A stretch of 64,000 bases of DNA from Paramecium tetraurelia (taxonomy: Eukaryota). The DNA is taken from positions 1-64,000 of the forward strand of contig CT868072.1 in the NCBI GenBank assembly GCA_000165425.1, given 5' to 3'. The notes beneath the pieces were generated by a model. It had not been told where the DNA came from, did not search any database, and saw only the letters and a list, made by a program, of their open reading frames with translations. The translations under genes and the position numbers were made by a program. Shown in pieces: positions 13,242 through 26,367 of this stretch. Numbering within the stretch: the stretch's first letter is position 1; every line of letters starts with the position of its first letter.

Positions 13242-13908
13242 TCATTCTTGATTCCCAACATTATCACACTCTATCAAATTAGAAGTATTGTTGGAGGTTG
13301 ATATTTTGGGATCAAACTTTTGATGGTGAGATCTACATTAACTGGGCGACCTCGTCTTTATAAAATTAGACATCTATTTAAATATTTTGTTCTATTTCTT
13401 TAGGTCTGAATTCAGCATTATGTCCTTGTTCATTTCTGTAAAGCTGAGATACAAATTGTGTTCTTTCGTTGTCCAATGTCCTAAAATCAAATTAAAAAAT
13501 TTACCTATGTTATATAACTTTCTTCTTGATGACCTTTTCCCCTTGCGCTTACTCTTTTAAGACTAAATATTCAGCCTGGTTTTTAGTGGCTGGGCTGATT
13601 TACTGTTTTCAAGGTTTGTCATTATTTCTACTGGTTCAAAGTTAGACTATTTAAGGAGGGTTTGTTCCTATTTCACTACGTTTTCCTATTTGATTATTGG
13701 AGGGGACTATGAGGAACCTTCAGAAAGTAAGTGGGTTTGCTAAGCTCTCTGATAATTTAGCCAAAGGTAATTATTGATGTATTGTTAATGCTGATATGGG
13801 TTGAATTGTTGAATTGAAAGTTAAGGATACTGGAAGGCTTGAGAGTCTAATATGTTAGATGAATTATATACATTAGAAGAATGGAGGATATTATGCATAT
13901 GGGTGCAT
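13242..13908 (-). CDS. Myb/SANT-like DNA-binding protein
   Basis: GHWTTKEHNLYL...IFKQMSNFIKTRSPSQCRSHHQKF; Gln/Pro-rich N-terminus; two tiny introns. Confidence 0.85.
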
Positions 13909-14391
13909 TAGGAAGATATTGAGTTTTAATAAAAAATAATAATTAATAAATCGGATTCATCATAGCGCTGAAATTACCGATCTACATCTATTTATTTAAG
14001 AAAATGTTAATTGCTAGTTTTTAAACTTAGTGTATTTTCCAAAATGTCTAGTACTATTGAAAAATATAAATTGAATCCTGGTTAATCTTTATTTTTTCTC
14101 CTTTGTGGATGCTATTCAATTTAATTCAGAGTAGCCTAATTTTGACTATTCTATTCGAAGTATTTCGAGTCTAGTCGGAGTCGAATTTTACTAGTTGTCG
14201 AATAGCGATTCTGACTAATAAGAATAAAAGATCGATTCATAAGTTAGGAAAATGCTATTTAAAATAATTAATTTGAATATTTAATTATATTTTCTAATAA
14301 ATTAAGGATTTAAATAATTATGAAAATTTTTTTCTGAACTTTGATGAATCTGTAAATAGTAATCATTATATATTTAAATAAAAACAGTACA

Positions 14392-15786
14392 TCAGATTTT
14401 ACTGTTTCTGTCATTAATTTAGGTGATAATTCTAATTTAACCCTCTAAACGCATAGAATAATTGTGTTCAACGTCTCTCTCATCCTTTGCTTGCATCAAT
14501 TCATTTCGGCATTTATCCAATTCTTTCTGAACCTCTTGAATTTTGTAGTTCAACTCATTAATTTCTTATCTCAAAGTTTCATTCTCACTCAATAAATATT
14601 CTCTTTGCTTTTAGAGTCTGGAACAGTTATCCTTCTAATATTTAACCCAATCAGTTTCATCATCAATGCCATCCTCCTTCTTGGCCTCTCTCTCCTTGGC
14701 AATCTTCTCCTTCCAATACTCATTCAACATTTCTGCTTATTTGATATTCTGTTAATCCAAGGACTCCTTGCTTTTTTTATATTCATCCATGGCCTTCCTA
14801 AGATCTAGCTTTATGGCATCCATCTCAGCCAACTCTTGTTTTACAACATCTGAATCCAAGCATTTGTGTCTATGATATTTAATTTTCTCCTATTCTAATT
14901 CATGCAACTATCTAAATTAAATAAACTAATAGTTAACCTTTATATTTCTTATTGCTTCTCAAATTTGTCTTATTCAATAGCTTTCAATTTGGCATTAATT
15001 CTAATTAAAGCATCTTCTTCCTTCTTTTTCAGTTCCTTTAGTTTTTCTGTATATTCTTCATCTGCTCCCGATTTCATTTGTTTCAACATTTTCTCATATC
15101 TTATTCTTTCCTCCTGCCTTATCATCTCCATTTCATGTTCTCTTAGACGCACAATTTCTGCCTCTAATTTAGCCTGATATTTCTGTTCTATGTCCTTCCT
15201 CAAATTATTCATCTAGTCAATAATTAATACTCGATAATACTCTCTCCTCTATTGTTTGCATATCGTGCAATCTTGAATAGTTAACTTTCTTGAGGAATCC
15301 ATTTTCAAGGTTCCTCATCTTTTACTCGTATGTTTCCTCTCTTTCATCTGTCTAACAAGAATGATCTGACTTTTCAACTTGATATTTTCTCTTTATCACG
15401 CTTCTCATAATTTCTAATGCAGATATTGTCCCCTGTTATAATTGGAACAAATGCTGTTCATAATCCCTAATGGTTAATCCATGTAATTGGAGTAGTTCTT
15501 AAGTTTGCAAAATATCTACTCTATCAAGTCCGCATTCTTAAATGAAAATTTCAGCTGTGCAAAGAAAGTTTTATGTTTATAGGAAATTGATCACAAAGCA
15601 ATCGGCAACTTTTAGATCAAATTATCTCTTTGGTTTTTTGGATTTTGGTTCTTACATCAGTTTATCAACTATCTCTTTTCTCACTTACAATTTGATTCGA
15701 TCAAGCATTCCCTCCTCTCTCATCTTCTCATTCATAAACAAGAGTACTTAACTCTCTGTAAGTGATTCACTTTCCTCCTATCTCAT
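14392..15786 (-). CDS. OFD1: OFD1-like LisH + coiled-coil basal-body protein
   Basis: N-terminal GMLDRIKLQVRKEIV...KVADCFVINFLQTQNFLCTAEIFIQEC (LisH), then coiled coil EQKYQAKLEAEIVRLREHEMEMIRQEERIRYE resembling OFD1. Confidence 0.7.
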
Positions 15787-16088
15787 TTTTAAATTTAATT
15801 TTTTTTAACAATATTTTTTTTCTTACTTCTTTTAGATAAATATTTTGAATATTTTGTTTCTTACGACACAAACGGTTTCAACATGTCTAATTAATTGCTT
15901 ATAAAAATTATAATTAACATATAAAATAATCAACATCAAATTCGAAATAGAGAAAAGGTGAAATGCAAGATGTTTTTTAAGAAGAACAGATTGAAGGTAG
16001 ACGAACAAAAGTATGAAATTGATTTAGTAATAAATTAGTGGTTTTTATAAATTAATTCTTATTTCAATTTTATTATAATTTATTTATT

Positions 16089-17499
16089 ATGTAATAAGTA
16101 TAAAAAGAAGAGGTATGAATTAAATTTACAAAGGAAGATACCATATTTTAAGTACTGTTAAAAGTTAGGTGGTGTCCAACGAAAAGACATCTATGTTTCT
16201 CCAACCAAAGCCGCCACGTTTCTGCATCTAATTAAACATGTAATTGTCATTATAAATAAAGAGATGTGATAAGGATTCTGCATTGAAGTTTGCGTAAAGA
16301 AGAATTTGCAAGTGGGATACCACTATTAAACAAGATGGACCTAGTAATTGCAGAATCTTAAAGCCCAAAGACAACAAAGAGGTAGTTTGTTATTTATACT
16401 AATTCAGAAAAGAATACATGGATGGTAGAATATTGGAATGGAGATGTTCTACGAAAACAAAGATACGGTTGCAGATGTTAATCAATTGGAATTAGATTAG
16501 GATAATGATGCAATTTAGAAAGAAATTGAAAAGAACGAAATGAAACTAAAAAATGACTTTAAGAATAAAATAGCCCATCTGCAGCAATTCTATAGAGAAC
16601 TAAATTAAAAATACAGTTTTAATAGAAGTGATCCTAATTTCAAGGAAAAAATTGTAATGGCCAAATTAGACCTATTGCATAAACGAAATCAACCAATAAA
16701 ATACATTAAGACAAAAGGAATGAAGTACATAGAGTTATATAATGAAGTCACTCAAAATAAAAAAGGAATTGGCAATGGCTTATTTAATAAACTCCATGTA
16801 TTCAATTAACTAGGAACCGACGATTGCAAAGTTAAAGAGAAATTGCTGGGTGAACTCTATAAACATAAGAAAGAGAGTCAGAGTGTAAATCATAAAGTAT
16901 TACAACACGATTTCCATATCTATGATAACATAGAAGAATAAAGTGAGTAGATGCTTAAAATTATTGATCAGAATGATGATTTCTCCATGACTTTAAGAAA
17001 ACACGAACATAAATTGACTGTTTCTTAGAAAGCCATTGCATTTGCAGAAGACTTTAATAGAACCAAATATCTGTTCAATTATTCAAGTAAGAACTAGATC
17101 TAAAAGATGTTTGAAATACCTGAAATACCTTAAATTAAAAGCACTGAATCTATAAAATTGAGGAAGCACTTTTCTTCTCTCTCAAGTTTTGATGATCATT
17201 TTGATCACTACCTCAATTAGTATGCACATGAAGTTCTTGAGTATTAACAAGAAATGTAGGATAAAGAGATATCTACAGATAATTTATAAAAGATGTTGTA
17301 AAAAAGGGAAAATCTAAGACGTAGTTAAATTAGGAAGGTTTCTAAGACTTCACATAGTCATCAACCTAGTATTCACTTAGACTTTAGTAAGGTGAAATGC
17401 TAACACCAATCTTCAAGGGATAAAGAATCTACAAAAGCAGGAAACTCTTTCAATATAAAATAACGATCCTATCTTGTTAGTCCATTCAGTAAATCATGA
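16089..17499 (+). CDS. Hypothetical protein (coiled-coil, basic/Ser-rich C-terminus)
   Basis: Long TGA-free frame from ~16410 to TGA 17497-17499 with upstream tiny introns; start codon uncertain. Confidence 0.6.
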
Positions 17500-19257
17500 C
17501 TTAATTGTTGAAAATTGTGATTACAAACCATTTTTGTTTAAATCTTCAATCCTTCATTAAAATTTTAAATTTCCTTTGATGCAATAATAATCTACACGCT
17601 CACAAAATTGATAATACAATAAATGTTGTCCATTCAATTTAGATGTAACTATATAAAGAATTCTCATTATTGGAATTCTTAAAGTTTAATATAAAATAAT
17701 CCATAATTTAGACATATCTAGTGGTATTTTCATTCAATACTCTATTTAATATTCATAAGCAGTAACCAGATCTTATATCTGTAATCGAATCAAATGATTT
17801 AAATTCTAATCTTCATTAAATTGAAGCTTTTCAGAATATATTATATGTAACCTTTTTCATTCTTCGAGATATATTATTAGACCATCCTTAATATTAATTA
17901 AATCTCTTGTCTATTACATTGAGAAATCATTTCCTGTACCACAAGGTAATAGTAATTATTCAATTTATGGCAATACTCAAACAAAATATTTGCACAATCA
18001 CCCACATCATCGAACCATCTCTTCCTGCTTTGAATATTGGAAGTTATTTATAATCTACATAAAACAAAAACTTACTTGATTTTAAATCTTCCTTTAATTA
18101 AATAACTCTGATTTGTGGAAGTATTATTTCTGAATATTGAAGAAAGAGATTTACATAACATTGCGTCAACTCTGAAAGTGATATATACACTCTAAAGTAT
18201 TAACCAATTATTACATACAATACTCAAAAGCGATTTACCTTGACACAGACAGTCAATTGTAAATAAATATAATAAACCTAATTATAATGTAAGTTGTTAT
18301 TGTTCATTCTCTGAGAACTATTAATACTGCATTAATATTAATTAATTTTTCTAAATTAAATAATCTACTCTCCTAATGAAAATATCGAATAATTATCATC
18401 ATCTTAATACACTTATATTTTTATTATATCCAGTTAAACTCACATGGCTAATATATTATTTCGGATGCTCATTCGAAGTTGAAGGATAATGAGAAAAAAA
18501 ATACAAAAAATGAATATAGAAATTTATAACTTTTTGATCCCTATATGTAATTAGATGAAATGATAACATAAGTTAGATGTTAATAATTACTTATTAAATC
18601 CAGTTCAATTTATGACTATTAAATTAATAATGATTTTCATTTATTCAAAATAATATTAATAATATAGAGACATAGAACAAATGTAATACAAACAAGATAG
18701 TGAAATGACAGAATATCTTTAAATTGAATAAGAATTAGAGATTAAATCTCTCTTTAAACAACTCAAAATTCAAAACACACAACTTTCTAATAAACAATCT
18801 AAAAAAATAAGGAAATTTAAGTTAAATATTCAATCCAATTCAATCCTACAACGAAGAAACACTAACCTAAGTTTACTTTGATTTTTATTTCATCTCTTTT
18901 CTCCATTCATATATCAATTTAACAACCTATATTCTATCAGTAATTCAATTAAAGCTCTCTATACTAATTATCATACCCTCTTGTAATATATTCTAATATC
19001 GAAGTAACTTCAAGTATTCGAAGAACTCTTCCTCAGGATATATTCATACAATTTTATGCTTAACTCCTGATATACAAGTCAACAACAAATTTCGAAATAA
19101 AAAGGAAGAATATTGAAATATATAAATATTGTTTAAAAATAGAAACTCATAAAAATAAACGATATTTTTGAGTAAAGCATTCATAAGGAATCCTTAATTC
19201 TTTTGTAAATATGCAATATGCATTTATTTATTCAAACTGAAATTAATTACAAAATTT

Positions 19258-20657
19258 ATGTCAAATAGCCATGTATATAACAATTATTGCAAATCAAGCA
19301 TTTTGTATGCTGCCAATTATCATCCACTACGAATCATAATCAATAAATTAACTACTTTTGCGGAGATTAACAAAGTGATTAAAATTGCATGGAAAATTAG
19401 CCCTACTTTTTTAAGAATTTTTTTATCTAATGGGAGTGAAATTTTTGAAGAAGATTTATATTTAATTAGGCAAGGTTCAAAATTGTATGCAACTCTAGAT
19501 GGTTCGGAGTTGGGCTTGAATGTCCTCTTTTTGAATTACTCCATTAATGATTAGCTTTGTCAAAATCCAAATTCAATTACAATGATTGGAAAAATTAAAT
19601 CGAATAAAATAGATGTGATTATTAAACAAATCTCCACCAAATTCTTTTCAAGAGATGAGTTGGCTAATTTTGTTAAAATTTTATAATAAATTAAAGATGA
19701 AAATTGTACTAAATGTGTTCATATATACGATACTATTATATTTTAGAGACAATCTGAAATCGCATTGATAACTGAATATTGCCAGGGGAAATCTCTAAAT
19801 CACATGCTCCAATGTAAGTTATTCAATGACAATTTTAGAAAATAAGAGGTTTACCGAATAAGAGATCAAAGTAATCGTTAAATAATTAGCTGACTTCATA
19901 AACTACTGTCATTCTCGAAATATCACCATTAAGAGCCTGAAATTTGAGAACATGCTCTTTAGTGAGAAGGATAATTTGAATAGTGTATCAATTTAACATC
20001 AATTAGATAAAACTAACAGACTTAGGTTTAAATACTGCATATAGAATTCAGAATTTAACTTCCATCAATAATTTCAATTATTACTCACCTGAACTGATCA
20101 CATAAAAAGAGTTTACCTTCTCAACCGACATTTGGGCATTTGGTGTCATTCTTTATTATCTACATCTACATTCCTTTCCATTTGATGGTAGAACTAAATA
20201 AAGTATCTAATAAAATGTTTTCCAAATTAAATATAAAATAACTGAAGAGGCCAATCCCTATCTAAGAGATTTGCTGTAATTGATATTTGTCAAAGACCCT
20301 GATTTAAGAATTAAAATATAAGGGATTATTGATCATCCCTATTTTAAATAACAGAATAAATATAATCTTAGTTTTCATAGTTCAATTAATAAGTTGAACA
20401 TGAATTTTCTAAGATTAAACAGTCGAAATAGTTTTAGGAAAAAGACAAACAGTTAAAGATTTGATTCTGAAGAAAACAATTCCTCAATTAAAAGAATTTA
20501 AAAATAATTATCCCTCCAAAAGTAGTCAGATAAGGAATAATCAATATTGAATCCACTCTAACCTAAGCAGTACAAATGTAAAATTGAAAGAAAAAGATGT
20601 CTCTCACATATGATAGTAAAATAATAGATCAGGTAGAGTACTATTAAAGATTTTTGA
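19258..20657 (+). CDS. Pseudokinase with DCX/ubiquitin-like N-terminal domain
   Basis: RIFLSNGSEIFEEDLYLIRQGSKLYATLDG N-domain; kinase fold without Gly-rich loop, catalytic loop ITIKSLKFEN (no HRD Asp), DLG, YYSPE, DIWAFG. Confidence 0.85.
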
Positions 20658-21263
20658 TGTAAACTTTAGTCTATTTTTTAGTTATTAAAATAATTCTAAT
20701 CATAAATATATATATATAATTAATAATCTAGATTTTAATTTTATCTTCATTTCTTGGATCACATATATTAATTACTATAGATTAAAGAGAACAGATAAAT
20801 TTGTATTAAACAGAATTAAACAAGAATAGACAATAAGCATTGATCTAAATTTATAAATGGCTTGTGTAAGCTATTTTGAGAAAAATGGAATCGAATTAAT
20901 ACTGAATTCAGCATATTAGTAACGATTCCAATCAAAACTCTGGCTTGACTTAATTCAAGTGAAAAATGATATACAAGAATTTGATTTATATAGATAACTC
21001 TGAATTAGTATTTTTTTGGATGAAATAGAGGAACTCAACAAATTAATCTTTTGTAATTAATTAGTAAACAGAAGTAGGATCCAGTGCTAATGTTAATATT
21101 CCAAAACTCAAAAATTAAAAAAAATTAATTTTATCTTCCAGCTTGCCAATTCTTCATTTACAAAATATCTCCAGTAATTAATTGAAATACGGACGTAAAT
21201 ATAAGAAATAAATTGAATTAACTAATTTATATGTCTTCATACTAATAAGAAATTATAAACAAA

Positions 21264-22565
21264 TCATTTATATTTTACTACAAAGGATATTTTATCCAGT
21301 CTAGTAACAGATCTTCTACTACATGCTATTTTTCTTTAACTAATGACTTAACCATAGTCTTCATCATTTGATTTTCTTGTCGAATGCATTTTAACAACAC
21401 TAGAAGACCTCCCAATACGAATATTAATTCCATTGATATTTAACTTAAGTATCTTTGCATGTTCATTTAACCAACGATGAGATTATATATCAAAAATGTT
21501 GGCTCTCTCCTTTGGATTCGCTACAAATATTATACTCAGCAAGTGCATAAGTTCCTTGGACACTGACTTTTTTGGAATCTAATAATTGCACGATAGAATG
21601 TTTCGATATGTTTCAGAGGGACTGTTACCTTCGAATGGAAGTTTCCCAAAGACTAATCCATATATTATGCACCCGATTGCCCAAACATCTTAGCCAGGTT
21701 GAATGAATTTATATGAAGTAGACAATACTTCTGGAGCCAAATAGGAGAGAGTTCCTAGAATATTGTCTTTATCAAAAGGTTGTCCGAAATAATTGGAAAC
21801 TCCAAAATCAATTATTTTTATCTGATTAATTTTTATAATTTATTACTGATTTTTAAGAAGGTGTTGAAAGCATAATATTTTCTAATTTTAAATCACAATG
21901 AACGATTTTTCTTTCATGACAATAAGCAATAGCATCTACTATTTGATTGGAAAAGTGTTTAGCTTAAACTTCGGTTAATTAAGCTAGATTTAAATAAAGG
22001 TTTTACAATTTGCCTGAGCTAATAATTATCCTCCATGTAAGTACTCCATAATCAGAATGACTTCTTTGGATTCTGAACATACAAATTTCTCATATAATTT
22101 TACTATATTTTGATGATCTAATTGTTTTAGTATCAGAGATTCTTGTTCCAGCATTTCCAACGCTTAATCTTACTAAGTAGCTGCACTTACCTTCTTTATG
22201 GCCACTAACTCATTAGTTACTTTGTGCTTTCCCAAAAATACTAGTGCTTATCCACCTTCCCCTATTCTTTTTATGATATCATAGCCTAACTTTAAATTCA
22301 TTAAATCTTTCTCCTCATTTTTCAATAGAGCAAACAAATGCGTGCCTTTCTTGATATTAATTAGGTCTGTTTCTTCGATTTCAGTTCCATCACATAAAAA
22401 GAGTCTTAATTAATCTGCGTTTTATCTCCAAACGATCTGAATCAATTTCATTATGTCAATAAACTTGGTGTTTGGATTGAGCATTAGAAGTATTGGATTT
22501 TAATGGGTTGAACTCAATGTGCATGATCTAACAACGTTTTTCTATGTAAATTTGGATTTGTTCAT
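21264..22565 (-). CDS. Ser/Thr kinase (non-RD, HCD) with DCX/ubiquitin-like N-terminal domain
   Basis: [61 protein letters not shown]. Confidence 0.92.
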
Positions 22566-22930
22566 TTTTTAATTTCTATTAAATATCTTTGTTGTTTGAA
22601 TAATAATTCTGAATTGCCTTTCTCTGTCTTTCTGATGTATCTATAATAATAATTATTAAGTGAAAGAATATAAATATTCTTCTCTTAAAGATAATAAAGA
22701 TAATACAGATAATACAGATGGATGAGAAGATCCATTACATATTATAATTGAAATTTAATAAGAAACCTTGGGTTGGATGGACAGAGAAGTAATGAAAATA
22801 TAATTTTGATAAATTTGATATTATTGTATTTATTTATAAAAATTGGTAAGTAAATGTAAGTGGTTTGATTAAATTATAGATTGCTAAATAATTTGACAAC
22901 AGAAAGTATAATATCATTTTTGGAATACTT

Positions 22931-24541
22931 TCAACTGAAACTCTCAAATTTATCAAATGACTTCAGAACCGAAACATCTTTGTACAATTCGATGAAGACT
23001 CCTCCTTCTGTTACTTTCACTTCTAGTTATGGAGAATGAAATTTTAAAAAGTTCTTGATCACTAGGTTTTTGTTTAAGTTTTCAGCCAACAAATAAGTAT
23101 TCATGCAAATAATTCGAATAAATAATAATTCAGACTTAGAGTGCAATAAGAATCTAGTTTGTTTTTTAAAATCATTGTTCGATTTCCGTAGAGTAACTTG
23201 AACCAATTGAAGAATGAAATCTTAGACCATATCTTTATAATGAACAACATCAAATTGGGTTTCTGAGCAATCGAATTAGAAATTACACTCCTTGTAGGCC
23301 TTCTTGAATAGTTAAATGGTGGAAAGAAAGAGTTATCTGAAGTTGGCACAGACAGTCTCAGAAGTGAATGAGACTTGCTAAAAGGAGTTGGATACTTTGT
23401 ATTTACCTTCGAAGTACATGTGATGTAATTTGAGTTAATATATTAGTTACATCCTATTGTTTTAACTTAAAATACAGTTATTAATTATTTAGCCTTATTT
23501 TTTAAGGAAATTTTAAACCAATTATTGATGTTTACCAATAAGATTAATTAAGTTATCCTTTGTAGTTTGCAGAGTTTGTGCTCTGTGTTTGGATTGTTCA
23601 AGGACGATTAAGAAGTTATCTTCCAGATGATAGAGTTCAGCCAATAAAATGGATTTTTCTTCGAAATCAGTGGAGTCGTGTTCGTTTGGTTTAAGAGTGA
23701 ATTGGTTGAGGTCAAAAAACTTAGTTTGTTTTTCAATTCTATTCAATATAAATTATTCCAAGGTAATTTTCCCTAGAGTTGACATTCTCAGGAACTACCT
23801 GAAATTCTCTTCAGCCTACAATTCAAAGGAGGAATACGGAAAGTGATCAATTAAATTAGAATTCTTGTATCTAAAACTCATTCTGTCTTCATCGTATGTA
23901 AACAAAATGAAGGGATCGCTGATGATGGATGGCAAGAGACAATCTATTTATAATAATAATAACAAATTACGCCAATCGTTCCCTTGATGATTGCTGAGGA
24001 AGAGCAGTCTCTTCTGTTTCTCGATGGTATGCACGACTGAGACGAAGCACAGAGGACAAAATACAGAAAGTATGATGGAGGAAGCATCTATGTTGGCATC
24101 AAGTAGTGCAGCAATGAACAATTTTAAGCCAGTTTGAAAGAAGATATTCAATAGAGTTAATTTGTAATCTACGATCAATAGTATGCTTGAATGTGCAATG
24201 GCAACATTAGTCCCAAGGATGAATTAATTAGTTTAATCCGATTAATCCTACAATTGCACCAAGATGATTAGGTTGTTGATGAATATCATACAAAAGATGG
24301 TACCTGATTAATAGAATCTCATTATCAGAATTGACATCACGAATATAATCAAAAGGGAGGTGGAGGCTACCAAGATGCCGACAACGTTATTGGATTGACC
24401 AAATGCTATTAGGCGCATTAAAATCATTATCATTGAAAGAAAGCTCACTTTTTTGAAACCATTGTAGCAATAATCTTGCTTACCCTTTTGATAGAGGCTT
24501 TCCAAATGTTATTATCTAAATGTATGTGTAAATTTATTCAT
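22931..24541 (-). CDS. Multi-pass membrane protein with cytosolic C-terminal region (resembles degenerate ciliate TM-histidine-kinase family)
   Basis: About 5-6 hydrophobic helices in the N-terminal half, then soluble region; no intact H-box or ATP-lid motifs visible, so the family assignment is tentative. Confidence 0.7.
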
Positions 24542-24551
24542 TTTATTAATA

Positions 24552-25766
24552 ATGCAAGAAATTCCAAAGTAATCCTAAACAAAGGCTGATCATCATCTCA
24601 GGCATTTAGTGTAGATATTTTAGAGTCATCAGGGAATCAAGAAATTAAATTAATTGGGCGGGATATTTTGTTCCACTGAGTATTATGAAAAAATACATTA
24701 TGTGGAATTTGAAGAAGGAGAAGAAATCATACGAACTGGAGAGGTTGGCCATTTGTTTTATTTACTCATCGAAGGAGAGGTTAGCGTTAAGAAAACGTAC
24801 TTTGGAACCGAAGCCTTACTTAATTTGCCTTATCTTTAGAGTGTAAAAAGTGTTACCAAAACAAAATTTGGAACAATAAGCAAATACGATTTCGAGAATA
24901 TCAAAAGGAAAGCCAAGTTGAAGGACCCGAATGAGCAGATTGAATTCTTCAGACAATCTCAACTATTTGGACAATTGTCGAAGGGAATGATTGAAAAATT
25001 GCTTAAAAACTGTTAAATAGAAATATTCGATAAAAATCAATTGGTCTATTACGAGGGAGAACCATCATCAACAATTTATTTGGTGAGGGATGGAATATTT
25101 CAATTGCAGAAGAAAATGGTTGTTGGGAATAGATGGAAGAATATCACCATAAGTGAAATTGGAATCTATCAACTATTTGGTGATTTGGAATGCCTATTGA
25201 ATAAATCCAGATATTTCACTGTTAAATGTTTAAAACAAGGTAGTTGTTACAAGATCAGCAATGAGGATTTCTATCAAAAAGTCATATCGGATCAGCCAAG
25301 TTCAGAAGCCCAAAGATACATTAATCAATATATCAAGGCACAGTTGCTTAATAGGACTGAACGAATCGAAAAGGTTACTGAAACCTTGGCTCAGAATAGT
25401 GAATACCTGATTGGATTGCCTGAAATCAAGACGTCTAGCAATAAGGAATTGAGTCAAATTGAAATGAGGGTTCTCGATAAAACTCACTCCAGATATGCCT
25501 AAATCTACAATCAAGCTTGCTAGAAGAGAGTGAAGGTCAGGTATGCTACTATACACAAAACAGAAGTGGCTGTGCCTAGAGTGACCTCTAAAAACGAGTC
25601 TGTCCACAAGACCATCGTAGTCTCAATTGAGAAACCAGTCAAATAGTACATCTATGATGAAATCAAAATGCCTGACATTGTTCAAAGAAGGTATCGCGAT
25701 TTCCTGCCTAAACGAAAGAAAGACTTTTGGATTATCACTTAAAACAATAAATCTTCCATACTTTGA
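24552..25766 (+). CDS. Cyclic nucleotide-binding domain protein (two CNB domains)
   Basis: FEEGEEIIRTGEVGHLFYLLIEGEV..FGTEAL and VYYEGEPSSTIYLVRDG..FGDLECLLNKSRYFTV; intronless. Confidence 0.88.
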
Positions 25767-25780
25767 AATAAAATATATAA

Positions 25781-26343
25781 TCATTTAAGTTTAATTTCTT
25801 CCTGTAAACACTACTATAAAAATTCTTTGTATTTTTTGGCTTCCTGACTCAGAGTGTCTCTCATCTAATCACTGAAGGCATTTCCCAATCCCAATGTATT
25901 ATGAAATTAACGAATAAAACTAAATTGCTAAAAATCATATACTCATTAGGATAATTGTCAAGTAAACCATAGAGGTCATCATTCTTTTTTATGTCTCCTT
26001 CCTTACGTGGAATGATATGAATGAAGCAATGATTCAATCCGTCAGATTCATTTGAGAATGATGAAATATTCACAGTGGATGATGTACAATCAAAGTATTT
26101 TTCAAGGCTTTTGGTTAAGAATTTCACACTCAACCCCAAATCAAATATCTCTGCAGGATCTAAATCCTATAATCTAAGTGCCTATCTCTTCGGTATTAAT
26201 AACACATCTAAGAGATTATTTAGATAAATCATCTTACGTCCAGGAAGCAATTTGACCACGGGAATGATGCAATAGCAATATTATTTATTCCAAAATACTA
26301 GGTTGCCTGGGATGATGACCTATCCAAATTTAAAATAATCCAT
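25781..26343 (-). CDS. FHIT: FHIT-like HIT-family protein with degenerate histidine triad
   Basis: MDYFKFGQVIIP...LLPGHVLLIPKR...HCFIHIIPRKEGDIKKNDDLY; two introns. Confidence 0.85.
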
Positions 26344-26367
26344 TTTATATTAAATATTTATTAAATT

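Noticed and set aside
14605..15751. Hydrophobic plus-strand ORFs resembling membrane proteins
   Set aside because: Antisense of the Glu/Lys-rich OFD1-like coiled coil; the same artefact applies to 39611-40000, 60058-60333 and 62586-63308.
17500..19200. Possible minus-strand gene between the hypothetical gene and the pseudokinase
   Set aside because: Coding-like fragments, but no consistent TGA-free spliced model could be built.
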